Of a stretch of 64,000 nt of DNA, positions 38,110-51,897 are shown in pieces. The position numbers and the translations under genes were made by a program. Position 1 is the first letter of the stretch, and the number at the start of each line of letters is the position of its first letter. This DNA comes from Malacoraja senta (taxonomy: Eukaryota), in assembly GCA_038087875.1 (NCBI GenBank), contig CM075990.1, positions 3,040,001 through 3,104,000 on the forward strand, written 5' to 3'. Below the pieces are notes generated by a model. That model was given only the letters and a program-made list of their open reading frames with translations. It had not been told where the DNA came from and did not search any database.

Positions 38110-38958
38110 ACTTGCTGCAGCACAACAGAATATGTAAACCTAGTACACTGCAAACCATCTAATAAACGAGAGAGAAAAAAGTTCCGTGAGCGTATATATA
38201 TACACATACTCACAAATACACTCATATATGTACTCATATATATTGTGAGTATATATACACACATACGCACACACAACGGGAGGAAAAAAGTTCAGTGTGT
38301 ATATATACACATGCACACATACTCAATAAACAAACAACTATAGTGCAATAATAATAATAATAATCTATTGTAGTTCGGAGCTTATTTGTTGTTGTGTTTA
38401 ATAGCCTGATGGCTGTAGGGAAGAAGCTGTTCCTGAACCTGGACGTTACAGTTTACAGGCTCCTGTACCTTCTTCCCGATGGCAGCGGTGAAATGAGTGT
38501 GTGGCCAGGATGGTGTGGGTCTCTGATGATGTTGGCTGCCTTTTTGAGGCAGCTACTTCGATAGATCCCTTCGATGGTGGGGAGGTCAGAGCCAGTGATG
38601 GACTGGGCAGTGGTCACAACTTTTTGCAGTCTTTTCCGCTCGTGGACGTTCAAGTTGCCGAACCAGGCCACGATGCAACCAGTCAGCATGCTCTCTACTG
38701 TGCACCTGTAGAAGTTCATGAGAATCCTCTTTGACAAACCGACTCTCCGTAATCTTCTCAGGAAGCAGAGGCGCTGATGTGCTTTCTTTATGATTGCATC
38801 AGTGTGCTGGGTCCAGGAAAGATCTTCAGAAATATGCAGGAATTTGAAGTATTTAACCCTCTCCACCATCGTCCCATTGATATAAACAGGATTGTGGGTC
38901 CTCATCCTTCCTCTTCCAAGGTCCACAATCAGTTCCTTGGTTTTACTGATGTTGAGAG
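38110..38958 (-). mobile_element. Rex-Babar LINE 3' fragment
   Basis: ORF 38453-38971: LNISKTKELIVD..KAHQRLCFLRRLR..LPSGRRYRSL. Confidence 0.9.
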
Positions 38959-40800
38959 CCACCAGGACCATGTCTGAACATCATGAGGTGTTGATTAGGA
39001 AGCAGACTCGTCCATCCTTTATGAAGTCTGAAGAAAGGTCTCGACCCATTCCTTCTCTCCAAAGATGCTGCCTGTCCCGCTGACTTACTCCAGCATTTTG
39101 TGTCCATCTTCGGTTTAAGCCAGCATCGGCAGTTCCTTCCTACACAGATTTTTGAGCCTCAGTTTCTGCTTGTAAGCAGGGAGAAGGTTTTCTAAACTGC
39201 GGGCAGGGCATGGAGCGGTAACATCGTTGATGGGTGTATAACAGTGATCAAGGCTGCCTGGGTCTTTGGTGGGACTTTGACAGCATACTCTTGAAGCTGA
39301 CTTGTAGACCCAGGCTACGAAGAACTAGGCCTCGAGGCGTATCATTTCAAGGCTCTTGGTAGCAGCATAGACTTCATTTGGAGCAAGCTAATGAAGGACG
39401 GCACGGTGGCGAAGCGGTAGAGTTGCTGCTTTACAGCGCCAGAGACCCGGGTTCGATCCTGACTACAGGTGCTGTCTGTGCAGAGTTTGTTCATTCTCCC
39501 CATGACCGCGTGCATCTTCCCCAAGTGCTCTGGCCTGCTCCCACACTACAAAGACGTGCGGGTTTGTAGGTCAATGGGCTTCGGTACAGATTCTCAACTG
39601 CCCCGAGTGAGCAGGACAGTGCTAGCGTGTGTGGGGATCACTGGTCAGTGCGGTCCAGTGGGCCGAAGGGCCTCTTTCCACACTGCATCTCTCCAAATCT
39701 GCGTGGGGTGGCATTTAAACTGAAGTCAGCAGAGCCAGGAGGTGGTAGGCGATAGGAACGGCACCTCACCGTCAGATATCACAGGTCCAGGAGGCAAGAA
39801 CTCGCCAGGACCATGTCTGAACAAGAGCTGATGATTAGGAAGCAGGCTTGTCCATCCTTTGCCTGCTTAAGGGCACCATAGGTGAATTGAGAACCCCTTA
39901 GATAGTGTGGCACGCCTGAGAGGATGTGGGGGGTGGGGGGGGGGGGGGGGCAGCGGAAACATGCTGGGCTAATAATCCTGAGGTTGATTGATCAAAACCA
40001 CCCTCTGCTATACAGTAATGTACATTTTTGGGGCGGCACGATGGCGTAGCAGTGGAGCAGAGACCCTGACTAAAGGTGCTGTCTGTACGGAGTTTGTACG
40101 TTCTCCCCGTGACCTGCGTGGGTTTTCTCCGAGATCTTCGGTTTCCTCCCACACTCTAAAGGCGTACGGGTTTGTAGGTCAATTGGCTTGGTATAAATGT
40201 AAATTGTGCTTAGTGCGTCTACGGGCAGTGTTAATGTGTGGGGATCGCTGGTCGGTGCGGACGCGGCGGGCCGCAGGGCCTGTTTCCGTGCTGTATCTCT
40301 AAACTAAACCAAAACTAAATGTAGGAGTGAGCCATGTCTCTGTAAAACAGAGCATGCTGCCTCTTCTCAGTTCCCAGAGGGAGGCAAGTCAACACAATGT
40401 TTCTATTCTTTGAAGGAGACTTGGAGAACATCCTTAAGAAATGTTCTCCTGGTAATTCCTAGCAGTGGTTGGGTTGGGAATAAACCTTATTCTTTGGGGG
40501 TCTGGTATTGGGAATGCATGCAAGTGATATGACAGATATTCTGTATTAGAGCTAGCTAGGTCTAATCAGATCCTCAATGCTAGGGTTATTGTCCTGGGAG
40601 AAGAATCTAATGTTGGTTCCATCATGCTGCCAATGGATTTTAGAGAATTTACACAGACAGGTTTGGTGGCTTTTCTCCAGAGTTTTGCATTGAATGCATT
40701 TGGTGGAACTATTTTAGTTCAGTCTAGTTTAGTTTATTGTCACGTGTACCGAGGTACAGTGAAAAGCTTTTGTTGCGTGCTAACCAGTCAGCGGAAAGAC

Positions 40801-41103
40801 GGGGGATGATGTTGTTGACCTCCCCATGGTGAGCCCTGTCAACTGCCCTCAGTCAGGTGAACGAGAACGAACAGAGACAGCTGCAGGGATAATGCAGCCT
40901 CGGTCACCGCAGCTTGCAGCCCCAATGCAACCTCAGTCGCAGCGGCTTGGCGCCAATCCGGAGCCTGCGCCCTATTTCGGCGCGGGCACCTACGGATGTC
41001 GAACCGGATGGCATCACCCTGCTGCAGCTGAATGCAGAAGGCCTCACTGGCTACAGCGCCTGCAGGGTGTTACATAATCTCTGCTGCCTCAAACGCAAGA
41101 AGA
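40801..41103 (+). mobile_element. Internally deleted Vingi/Ingi-like LINE derivative with degenerate HDV-like head
   Basis: 11-bp TSD agc(g/a)gaaagac; APE-endonuclease-like motif ITLLQLNAEGL (41013-41045) joined to a C-terminus-like HWLQRLQGVT*; aaacgcaagaagaag tail. Confidence 0.75.
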
Positions 41104-42357
41104 AGCAGAAAGACAATACATGATTACAATTCTTGATTAGTACGGGAGTCATGGATTATGGGGAGAAGGCAGAAGGATGGGGTATAGAGGGAAAGATAGA
41201 ACAGCCATGATCAAATGGCGGAGAAGTCTTGATGGGCCGAATGGCCTAATTCTGCTCCTATCATTTACGAGCATGAACAATCAAGCTGTCCACAGTATAC
41301 AGATACAGGAAACATACTTTGAAGGTTGCTTGGATTTGATTTAGAATGCTTCCTTCTTAAACCTGCACCGGGTCACTCACACACTTATTTGTCTTCATAT
41401 TTACACTCACATTCAGCTCACACTCGTATTCACACTCAGAGTCCCCATTAGCACTCACACTCACGCAAACCACCCACCACCCTCTCCGAGAATCAAAATG
41501 AAGGCACATCATTAGCACTTGCTCTAGTCTAGGTAAACCACCCTGCACAGTGGAAAACAGGAAAGAATTAACTGTTTCACCAAAGAATAGTTGTATATTA
41601 AAAATGAAAACAAATGCAGCATAAAGCCATAAACTAACAAAACGATTCACTCTATTAAAACAGGGAAGTGCTTCACACCAGCTTCTAATGTGAAACTGCT
41701 AAACACTAAACACTTCAGAAAAAAAATTAAATGACTTCTGGATAATTACTGCTATTGCCTGAAATCTCTGGGGTGTCATTTGAAGTGCTAGGGAGCCCAG
41801 ATGGCTAAAAAATGGAATTTTGTAGAAAATTACCGACATTATTCATGGCAACATTATCAATTACCTGTGTATCAATTATACTAATGTTGAATTTGAAAAG
41901 GTTGCTAAAAACTGCATTAAGAATCGGATCAAAACAATTGACAAGGGGGAAATCTCGGAGTAATTGCTATTAACAAAATAAGTGTAATTTTCTGTGCTTT
42001 ATTAGAAATTACAACCTTTTATAACTGTCAGCAAAAGGACATTTCATGGGTAAACAGCGAGAGACAAAGCAGGGATGATTGGAACTGTGTTTTTAACCAC
42101 ATCTGAAAAATATCATATTATAGCTTCTTCGTTGCTTTTTTAAAGTTTAATCCAGCCTTTATTATTTTCCAATGACTTCTAAGATTTTTCCTATATTTGA
42201 TGATTAAATTTGTTGAGGTATTATCTAGCCCGAACATTGGCCAATACTTAGACCAGAAAGATCTGTGTTTGATTCCTAGACATCGCAGCTAGTTACAATA
42301 TTCTGATCGAGGGCGATGGTTTGTCCATCCTGATGGGTTTCCATGAGCTCTGCTAGA

Positions 42358-42358
42358 C

Positions 42359-42389
<31 letters not shown>

Positions 42390-42449
42390 GAGTGTGCGTG
42401 TGAGTGTGTGCGTGTGCGCCTCTGTGTGTGTGAGTGTGTGTGTATGTGT

Positions 42450-42480
<31 letters not shown>

Positions 42481-42631
42481 GGTGTGAGTGTGTGTGTGAG
42501 TGTGTGTGTGTGTGTGTATGTGTGTGCGCGCGTGTGTGTGAGTGTGTGCATGTGTTGGCGTGTGTGTGTGTGTGTGTGTATGTGTGTGTGTGCGAGAGTG
42601 TGTGTGTGTGTGTGTGTGTATGTGTGTGTGT

Positions 42632-42674
<43 letters not shown>

Positions 42675-42679
42675 TGTGT

Positions 42680-42758
<79 letters not shown>
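42358..42758. repeat. (TG)n tract
   Basis: Direct reading. Confidence 0.98.
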
Positions 42759-42762
<4 letters not shown>

Positions 42763-43327
42763 GTGCTTTGGACACAGTCAAATGTACATCCATGCAAACT
42801 AATTGGCCAAAGAAACTGGGACAGACAAGCAGCCGCAGATGCTGGTTTACAAAAACCGACACAGATGCTGGAGTAACTGCCGGAGCAGCCAGGTAGTATC
42901 TGCCTGGCCTGCTGAGTTGCTCCTGCACTTTGCATCTTTTTCTGGCCGATAAACCTAATTGCTTTCAGAGGCTTGACCTAAACATCATAATGATAAAAAA
43001 AATCATAATTGGACCCTTGGATTTTCACTCCCATCCCTTCCATAGTCATAACCTCATCGATGATAGAACAGGGAAGTATTCTTGATCACTTACCTTGGTA
43101 GAAACCCCTCTATCTCAAGACAGTGAGACCACATCAGGCAGTCCGAAGCAAAATATTGTTTGATGGAGGGCCAGAAGGGGGAAAGTGGTAATAAAGCAGT
43201 TGTGTAGGAAGGAACTGCAGATGCTGGTTTACACAAAAGATAAACTCAAAAATGCTGGAGTAACTCAGCGGGTCTGGCAGCATTTCTGGAGAAAATGAAT
43301 AGGTGACGTTTCCGGTTTAGACCTCTC

Positions 43328-43981
43328 GAAATATTCACAAAATTATTTAAGACAAAAATGGAACCCAATAATGAATTGATTATATTTGGGGTAATGGAAG
43401 ATGGGTACAAATTGAACCCATCTCAAAAATTATTTTTTAATTATGGTTTAATAATAGCAAAAAAATTAATATTGAAATTTTGGAAAAATACACCAATACC
43501 AACGCTCAAAATGTGTATTGCAAGTATGTTGGATACCGCACATTTTGAGGAAATGCGATTCCTACTAATAGATAAATTTGACCAATTCATAACGAGTTGG
43601 TCTCCATTTGTCGTCTTTTTGGAAACATATGGTGCAACACAAGTGTAAAAGCTAATCCGTGACTGGGTGAGGAATGGTCAAGATTATAAATACGATCTCC
43701 TTACTTCTCTTTTCTTTTTCTTCTCTTTTCTTCTTTTACTCTTTTTCTTCTATTTTCTATTTCTTAACTTTCTTCTTTCACTCTCTATTTTTCTTTTTCA
43801 CACACTATATATCTCACATTTTTCTATTCTTCATTATCTAATTTATTTTTCTTTTTCTTCTTTATTACAAATTTTAAAAAATAAGAAGCTGTACATAAAA
43901 TGTATTATGAAAATATGATTGTATACAATTGTACTTACTTCTAATAAAAATAAATAATAAATATATATATATATTTTTTAA
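43328..43981 (+). mobile_element. L1 3' fragment inserted in a pLTR hammerhead
   Basis: ORF 43358-43648 (NYGLIIAKKLILKFWK..WSPF); TSD agacctctc 43319-43327 / 43982-43990. Confidence 0.88.
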
Positions 43982-45396
43982 AGACCTCTCTTCAGACTAA
44001 CAAGGTAGTTAATGCACAGACACTGTGTTCTTGCCCCCCTCTCACATGATGGAAACAGGGCCCTGCTCACATTGATCTGAAGAAAAGGCAAATCCTGCAG
44101 ATGCTGGAAATCCGAGATAAAAACCGAAGAACACCAGAGGTAATCAGGCTGTCAGGCAGCAGCTGTGGAGAACTGCAGAAACAAGGAACTGCAGATGCTA
44201 GTGTACAAAAAAAGACACACAGTGCTGAAGTGACTCAGCAGGTCAGGCAGCATCTCTGGAAAACATGGATAAGTGATGACTCCGTTTGGGACCCTTTTCA
44301 GACTGATTTTGAGTGGGGTGGGACGAAAGCAGGAAGAGAGGAGGGAAAGGACATAGCCAGGCAGGTGGTAGGTTGGTGGAGGTGGGGGGAGGGGGGGTGG
44401 TTGAAAGGCAGATGTGGACAAGGGCCGGAGATGAAAAGAGAGACGGTGTGAGACAAAAGGATTGAATAGCTGCAAATTGTGAAGCCAGAGAATGGAATGT
44501 AGGTGGATGGGGAGGAGGAGAAAGTGAGAAGTAGGTGCAAGACCAGGTGGGGCACAGGGAAGAGGGGGGAGGGGGTGGATATATGAGGGAAGAAGTGAGA
44601 GGGGGAGGGTTATGGAAGTACCTAAAATTAGAGAATTCAATATTCATACCACGGACATTATCTGTTGAGAGATACACAAAGTTAATTTTTGACGACAAGT
44701 TATCAGTTTTCAATGTAACAGTTTTTTTCTCCACAGATGCTGCCTGATCTGCAGAGTATTTCTCCATTTTGTGTTTATATTTCAGTAATAAAACCCCATT
44801 TTGTCCACAGTACCTGCATTTAGTTTTTTTTAATAGTTTGAGAGATACGGCCTGGAAACAGGCCCTTCGGCCCACCGAGCCCATGCCAGCCAGCGATCAT
44901 CTGTACACTGACGCTATCCTCCACACACTAGGGACAATTTACACAAACTTGTACGTCTTTGGAGTGTGGGAGAAAACTGGAGAAGATCCATACGGTCACA
45001 GGGAGAATGTACGAACTCCGTGCGGCCAGCACCCATAGTCAGGATTGAGCCCGGGTTTCTGGCGCTGTAAGGCAGCAACTCTACTGCTGCGCCACTGGGT
45101 CTTCCTATCTGCCCTCCACAATGTTGCTTTGCATGGATCATTGTGATTCAGCTACCAATTACAGAATAGAGCACCTGCTTCTCCCCCTCATCTCTTAGTT
45201 ATTCACCCTCCCTAAAGATGTGTTCTTTTCGAGTTAGAAGCATTGAAACACAGACAATAGGTGCAGGAGTAGACCTTCGGGCCTTCTAGCCAGCACCGCC
45301 ATTCAACATGATCATGGCTGATCATCCAGAATCAGTACCCTGTTCCTGCTTTCTCCCCATATCCCTTGAGTTTAGAGATACAGCGTGGAAACAGGT

Positions 45397-45783
45397 CAAT
45401 AGACAATAGACAATAGACAATAGGTGCAGGAGTAGGCCATTCGACCCTTCGTGCCAGCACCGCCATTCAATGTGATCATGGCTGATCATCCACAGTCAGT
45501 ACCCCGTTCCTGCCTTCTCCCCATATCCCCTGACTGCTATTTTTAAGAGCCCTATCTAGCTCTCTCTTGAATGCATCCAGAGAACCTGCCTCCACCGCCC
45601 TCTGAGGCAGAGAATTCCACAGACTCACCAATCTCTGTGAGAAAAAGTGTTTCCTCATCTCCGTTCTAAATGGCTTACCCCTTATTCTTAAACCGTGGCC
45701 CCTGGTTCTGGACTCCCCCAACATCGGGAACATGTTTCCTGCCTCTAGCGTGTCCAAGCCCTTAACAATCTTATATGTTTCAA
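45397..45783 (-). mobile_element. CR1 3' fragment
   Basis: ORF 45476-45757; AGACAAT tail. Confidence 0.9.
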
Positions 45784-47649
45784 CGAATGTGGGTCATTCG
45801 GCCCACTGAGTCGACGCCAACAATCGATCACCCATTCGCGCGCTGGTTCGGTTATTCCACTTTCTCATCCACTCCCGACAAGCTAGGTTCAATTTACAGA
45901 TGAACCTGTAAACCTGCACATCTTTGGGACGGAAAATATGGGACTGATGCACGACAGCTGAGAACTATATTTGGCACTCAGTATCTTCCATTTGCTCTAT
46001 CTATTGTACTTGAGTTTGACTTGTTCGTGTTGATGTGTTATGTCTGATCCATTTGAACAGCGTACAAAACTAAACCTTTTCACTTTCCTTGGTACATGTG
46101 ACAATAATAAACTTAAACCTCAACCTTTGAAGCCAGCTAATTTCATATGAATGTAACTTTCCACCCTCCCATTCTCCGCTTTTGAGACACAGCAGAGATA
46201 CAGGCCCTTTGGCCCAACGAGTCTGGGCCGACCAGCGATCACTCCGTACACTTGCACTATGCAACGCATCAGGGACGATTTACAATTCTACAGAAGCCAA
46301 TTGTCCTCCAAACTTGTACGCCTTTGGAGTGTGGGAGGAAACCGGAGCACCCGGAGAAAACCCACGCAGTCACAGGGAAAACATGCAAATTCTATACAGA
46401 CAGCGCCCGTAGTCAGGATTGAACCCGGGTCTCCGGCGCTGTAATGCAGCACTATGCACCACTATGCCGCCATTTGTTAGTACTATCTTTCAACGGAGAT
46501 CTTACGACAAACTCAAGCACATCACAATGGCTCAGTTGGACGAGCTGCTGCCTCACAGCGCCAGAGACCCGGGGTCGATCCTGACTACGGATGCTGTCTG
46601 AATGGAGTTTGCACGTTCTCCCCGTGACCAGGTGGGTTTCCTCCCGGTGCTCAGGTTGCTTTCCACATCCCAAGGTTAATTGGCTTCCGTAAAATTGTCC
46701 TTGGTGTGTAGGGAGTGGATAAGAAAGTGGGATAACACAGAACTGGTGCAAATGGGCGATCGATGGTCAGCCTAGACTTGGTGGGCCAATGGAGCCGTTT
46801 CAATGCAGTATCTTTCAATCAATGAAGCGGATGTTAAAATCCTACGGCAGCGTTTTACTTTAACCACAATCAATGTTTAAACTTCAACAAACATTACTAA
46901 GACCAGTGATCATAGTGCTGATCATTAGTTCATAAGTTCATAAGTCATAGGAGTGGAATTATGCGGTAAGTTTCAATGAGGTCCCCCCTCATCCTTCTGA
47001 ACTCCAGCGAATACAGGCCTGGAGCCGTGAATTGCTCATCATACGTTAACCCGCTCATCCCTGGAATCATTCTCGTAAACCTCCTCTGGACCCTCTCCAG
47101 CTCCAGCGCATCCCTTCTCAGATGGGCGGTACAGTAGTGCAGCGGTAGAGTTGCTGCCTCACACCACCACAGACCCGGGTTCGATCCTGACTGTGGGTGC
47201 TGTCTGAACGGAGTTTGTATGTTCTCCCCTGACCACATGGGTTTTCCCCTGGTGCTCCTGTTTCCTCCCACACTCCAGACATACAGGTTAGTAGGTTAAA
47301 TGGCTTCGGTAAAAATTGTCCCTAATGTGTGTAGGATGCACTAGTGTGTAGGGATTTCTGGAAGCCACAGAGGGTCGAAGGGCCTGTTTCCATGCTGTGT
47401 CTCTAAACTGTGCTAAACTAAAAGATATTGGATCTAAAACTGTTCATAATACTCTAAAAGTGGCCTGACAAATGCCTTATAAAGCCTTATCATTACATCC
47501 CTCCACTTGTTCTACATGCAGTTCAGTTTAGTTTTTTAATGCAACGTTTCAGTTCAGTTCAGTTTAGTTTATTGTCACGTGTACTGAGGTACAGTGAAAA
47601 GCTTTTGTTGCGTGCTAACCAGCCAGTAGATGGACAATACATGATTACG

Positions 47650-48075
47650 TGAGACCAAGCGTAGGCTTGGCGATCGTTTCGCCGAACACCTCCGCTCGGT
47701 CCGCATTAACCAACCTGACCTCCGCACTTCAACTCCCCCTCCCATTCCGAATCTGACCTTTCTGTCCTGGGCCTCCTCCATTGCCAGAGTGAGCACCACC
47801 GGAAATTGGAGGAGCAGCACCTCATATTCCGCTTGGGCAGTCTGCACCCTAGTGACATAAACATTGACTTCTCCAATTTCCAGTAGCCCTTGCTGTCTCC
47901 TCCCCTTCTCAGCTCTCCCTCAGCCCTCTGGCTCCTCCTCTTCCCTTCATCTTCCCACCCCCCCACCCCCCCCCCCCCACCCCACCCTACATCAGTCTGA
48001 AGAAGGGTTTCGGCCCGAAACGTTGCCTATTTCTTTCGCCCCATAGATGCTGCCTCACCCGCTGAGTTTCTCCAG
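47650..48075 (+). mobile_element. Penelope 3' fragment (GIY-YIG end plus pLTR)
   Basis: ETKRRLGDRFAEH..KLEEQHLIFRLG; hammerhead at 47997-48024; inserted in a Rex-Babar 3'UTR. Confidence 0.85.
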
Positions 48076-48079
48076 TCTA

Positions 48080-48535
48080 CATACATGATTACAATCGAGC
48101 CATTTACAGTGTGCAGATACATGCTAAAGGAATAACAATTAGTGCAAGGTAAAGCCAGCAAAGGTGACTATCAAGGATAGTCCGAGGGTCACCATTGAGG
48201 TGGAGAGTAGTTCAGGACTGCTCTCTGGTTGTGGTAGGATGATTCAGTTGCCTGATAACAGCTGGGAAGAAACTGCCCCTGAATCTGGAGGTGTGCGTTT
48301 TCACACTTCTATACCTTTTGAATGATGGGAGAGGGAGAAGTTGGAGTGGCCAGGGTGCGACTCGACCTTGATTATGCTGCTGGCCTTGCCGAGGCAACGT
48401 GAGGTGTAATGGAGTCAATAGAAGGGAGGCTGCCTTGTGTGATGGTCTGGGCTGCGTCCACAATACGTTGCAATTTCTCGCGGTCTTGGATGAAGCTGTT
48501 CCCAAACCGTGCTGTGATGCATCCCGATAAAACGC
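48080..48535 (-). mobile_element. Rex-Babar LINE 3' fragment
   Basis: RYRSVKTHTSRFRGSFFPAVIRQLN. Confidence 0.8.
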
Positions 48536-49047
48536 CTCGGCTGTATCTGTTCCATACTTCAGAAGTGTCTACTCATCATTAGTGTTAAAAATCTCTTGGT
48601 TGTATTGAGGGTCATAAATCCAAATTGCTCCTTATTTTCCGAAATTGTGAACTTAGATCATGCCGCCTTATGTTATTGAGATATTTTTCGACTGGGTGCT
48701 TCTTTAAAAAAAAATTCAATTCTTTATTAAAAAAAGTGAATGTTCCCTGATAATTTGTCATTGATTCAATTTACATATATTATCCTGGGCAACTGTGACT
48801 GGTTCATTTATCCACATTATTTATCCAACAAAATGTTTAATGACAAATATGGATGGATTGCCAAATTGGATTTATTGGCAATGAACTGCTCTATATTTCC
48901 CATTAACTCCTGATCAACAGCAACATTTGCTTTCCATTATAATTATGAGATTACACCAGACACTTCTTGAAAGCAAAACTTTTAAATAATTTTCAAAATA
49001 ATAGTTCACGTAGTATTTTGCCACATTACAATGGATGTGCATGCATA

Positions 49048-49625
49048 GGCAGGCAGAGGTTCACTTGCACCTCCTCCAACCTCATCTGCCGCATCCGCTG
49101 TTCCAGGTGTGGACTCATATATATCGGCGAGACCAAGCGCAGGCTCAGCGATCGTTTCGCTGAACAACTCTGCTCAGTCCACCTGATCTCACAGTTGCTA
49201 AACACTTTAACTCCCCCTCCCATTCCCACACTGACCTTTCTGTCCTGGACCTCCTCCATTGTCAGAGTGAGGCCCAGCGCAAATTGGAGGAACAGCACCC
49301 CATATTTCGCTTGGGTAGCGGAATGAGCATTGACTTCTCTAACTTCAATAACACTTGCATTCCCACTCTCTCCATCCCTCCCCTTCCCAGTTCTCCGACC
49401 AGTCTGACTGTCCCCCTGATTACATTGTATCTCTGTTTGCTTTGTTGTCACCTTCTCCTAGCTAACATTTACCTTGAACTTCATCTCTTTTGATCTCTTA
49501 CACTTCCTCCCTCTCCACTGACCCTGTCTGAAGAAGGGTCTCGACCTGAAACATCGCCCATTCCTTCTCTCCAGAGATGCTGCCTGTCCCGCTGAGTTAC
49601 TCCAGCATTTTGTGTCTATCTTCAG
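49048..49625 (+). mobile_element. Penelope GIY-YIG endonuclease fragment plus pLTR
   Basis: FTCTSSNLICRIRCSRCGLIYIGETKRRLSDRFAE; hammerhead motif from 49528. Confidence 0.9.
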
Positions 49626-50910
49626 GGAACATGTACATGGATATGCAAGGAATGGATAGATATGGATCATATTGGCAAAGAAGATTAGTTTAATATGGCA
49701 TCATGTCCGGCATGGACATTGTGGGCCGAAGGGCCCGTTCCCGTGCTGGACTGTTCTACATTCGTTGCTATCAGAAACAGAAAACAAAGGAGTTACTTTT
49801 ATCTATTGCCTTTCACATCCTCGGGACCTCAGTTTGTCACAAACCTTGGTTTGCGTACGTACCGTTTAGTTTGGTTTAGTTTAGAGATACAGCGTGGAAA
49901 CAGGCCCTTCGGTCTACCGAGTCCGTGCCGACCAGCAATGCCCTGTACACCTGCAATATCCTACAGACTAGGAACAGTTTACAATTTTACCAAAGCCAAA
50001 TTAACCTACAAACGTGCGCGTCCTTGGAGCTGTTGCCGCGTGCAGCGGCAGGCAGTCGATCGGACAATTTGGTGTACTTTTGTAACTTTGAGAGTGCCAG
50101 ACTCTTACAAGGCAGTACAAGGCAGACTCTTATGTACTGCCTTGCTGAGGTCTGCTGCATGATTTTACCGGATTGTATGGAAAACAAAGCATTTCACTGT
50201 TGCTTGGTACATGTGACTATAAAGTATAAGTTGCATCAGAGATAGGAGCAGAATTAGGCCATTCGGCCCATCATGTCTACTCCGCCATTCAATCATGGCT
50301 GATCTCCCTCCTAACCCCATTCTCCTGCCTTTTCCCCATAACTCCTGCCACTCATACTAATCATCCCGTACTATCATTGAATTATTAAATCAATCAATAT
50401 TTTCTTGGTAATTCAGCTGCTGTTGAAACTGTTTCGAGGTTAATCGGTGATCTGAGTTTTAAATAAACCCACGGCTGTAGTTATGGTCTTGTCATCTCCA
50501 TAGCTTCTGGCTTGATCCGTGGTCGGAGACCCAATGGTAACCTAACCGGCTGATAGCGAACAGGACTGAGATTTCTGAATGGGACAAAGATTCCACGTTA
50601 TCTGTATTGGAGCAGTTATCGGGCAACGTAAACATCCGACCACAACTAGAGAGCGGACTTGAACTACTATCTACCTCAATGGAGACCCTCGGACTGTCTT
50701 TGAAGAGACTTTACTGGCTTTATCCTGGGCTAATCGTCATTCTCTTTATCATGCATCTGGAAACTGTGGACTGCTCGATTGTAATCATGTATTGTCTTTC
50801 CGCTGGCTGGTTAGCGTGTAACAAAAGCTTTACGCTGTACCTCAATACACGTGACAATAAACTAAACTAAAACTGAACTGAAGCAGTTGCATTAATGACA
50901 ACAACATATA

Positions 50911-51235
50911 GGGCGGCACGGTGGCGCAGCGGTAGACTTTCTGCCTTACAGCGTCAGAGACCCGGGTTCGATCCCGACTACGGGTGCTGTCTTTTGGGAG
51001 TTTGCACGTTCTCCCCGTGATCTGCGTGGGTTTTCTCGGAGATCTTTGTTTTTCTCCCACATTCCAAAGACGTACAGGTTTGTAGGTTAATTGGCTTGGT
51101 ATAAATGTACAAATGTCAAATTGTCCCTAGTGTGTGTAGGATGGTGTTAATGTGCGGGGATCGCTGGTTGGTGCGGACTCGGTGGGCCGAATGGCTTGTT
51201 TCCACACTGTATCTCTAAACTAAACAGAACTAAAT
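50911..51235 (+). mobile_element. HE1-like V-SINE, full length
   Basis: Head, V-domain and tail present. Confidence 0.9.
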
Positions 51236-51897
51236 CTATCAAACCAGCGCCGACCATCAGCAGTTTGTACAAACGTCACTAGAGAGATATAGCATGGACA
51301 TCGCAGGCTGATTCCCTTCAGATCCTGTACCATCCCACCACCCTTGGTTAAACAACCAGCGCCCCAGAGGCAGGCTCGTTCCAGGATGACCAGTGACATT
51401 TGATAAATGACAGCGGCCGGCTTCCCTCTGTTACTGGTGGGAGTCCTGCGGAAATCATCCAGGCTTCCTCACGTGACCCAGAGGAACAGCGACAGGCTCT
51501 GAGGTGTGACTTAAGGTTAAACTGGGGGAGGGTTAGAAAAGCGAGTTTCCAACTCAGTGAGATCTAAGGAAGACACAGACTGTGATAAAGGCATAGTGTC
51601 ATACAGTGTGGAAACTGGCCCTTTGGCTCAACTTGCCCACACCGACCAACATGTCCCATCTACGAAGATAGACACAAAATGCTGGAGAAACTCAGCAGGT
51701 CAGGCAGCATCTCTGGAGAAAAGGAATAGGAGACGTTTCGGGTCGAGACCCTTCTTCAGACACTTTTCTTCACGTCCTATCTACACTAGTCCCACCTGCC
51801 TACGTTTGGCCCATATCCCCCTGAACCTGTCCTATCCATGTGCCTGGCTAATAGTTTCTTAAATGTTGTGACAATACCTGCCTCAACTAACTCCTCA

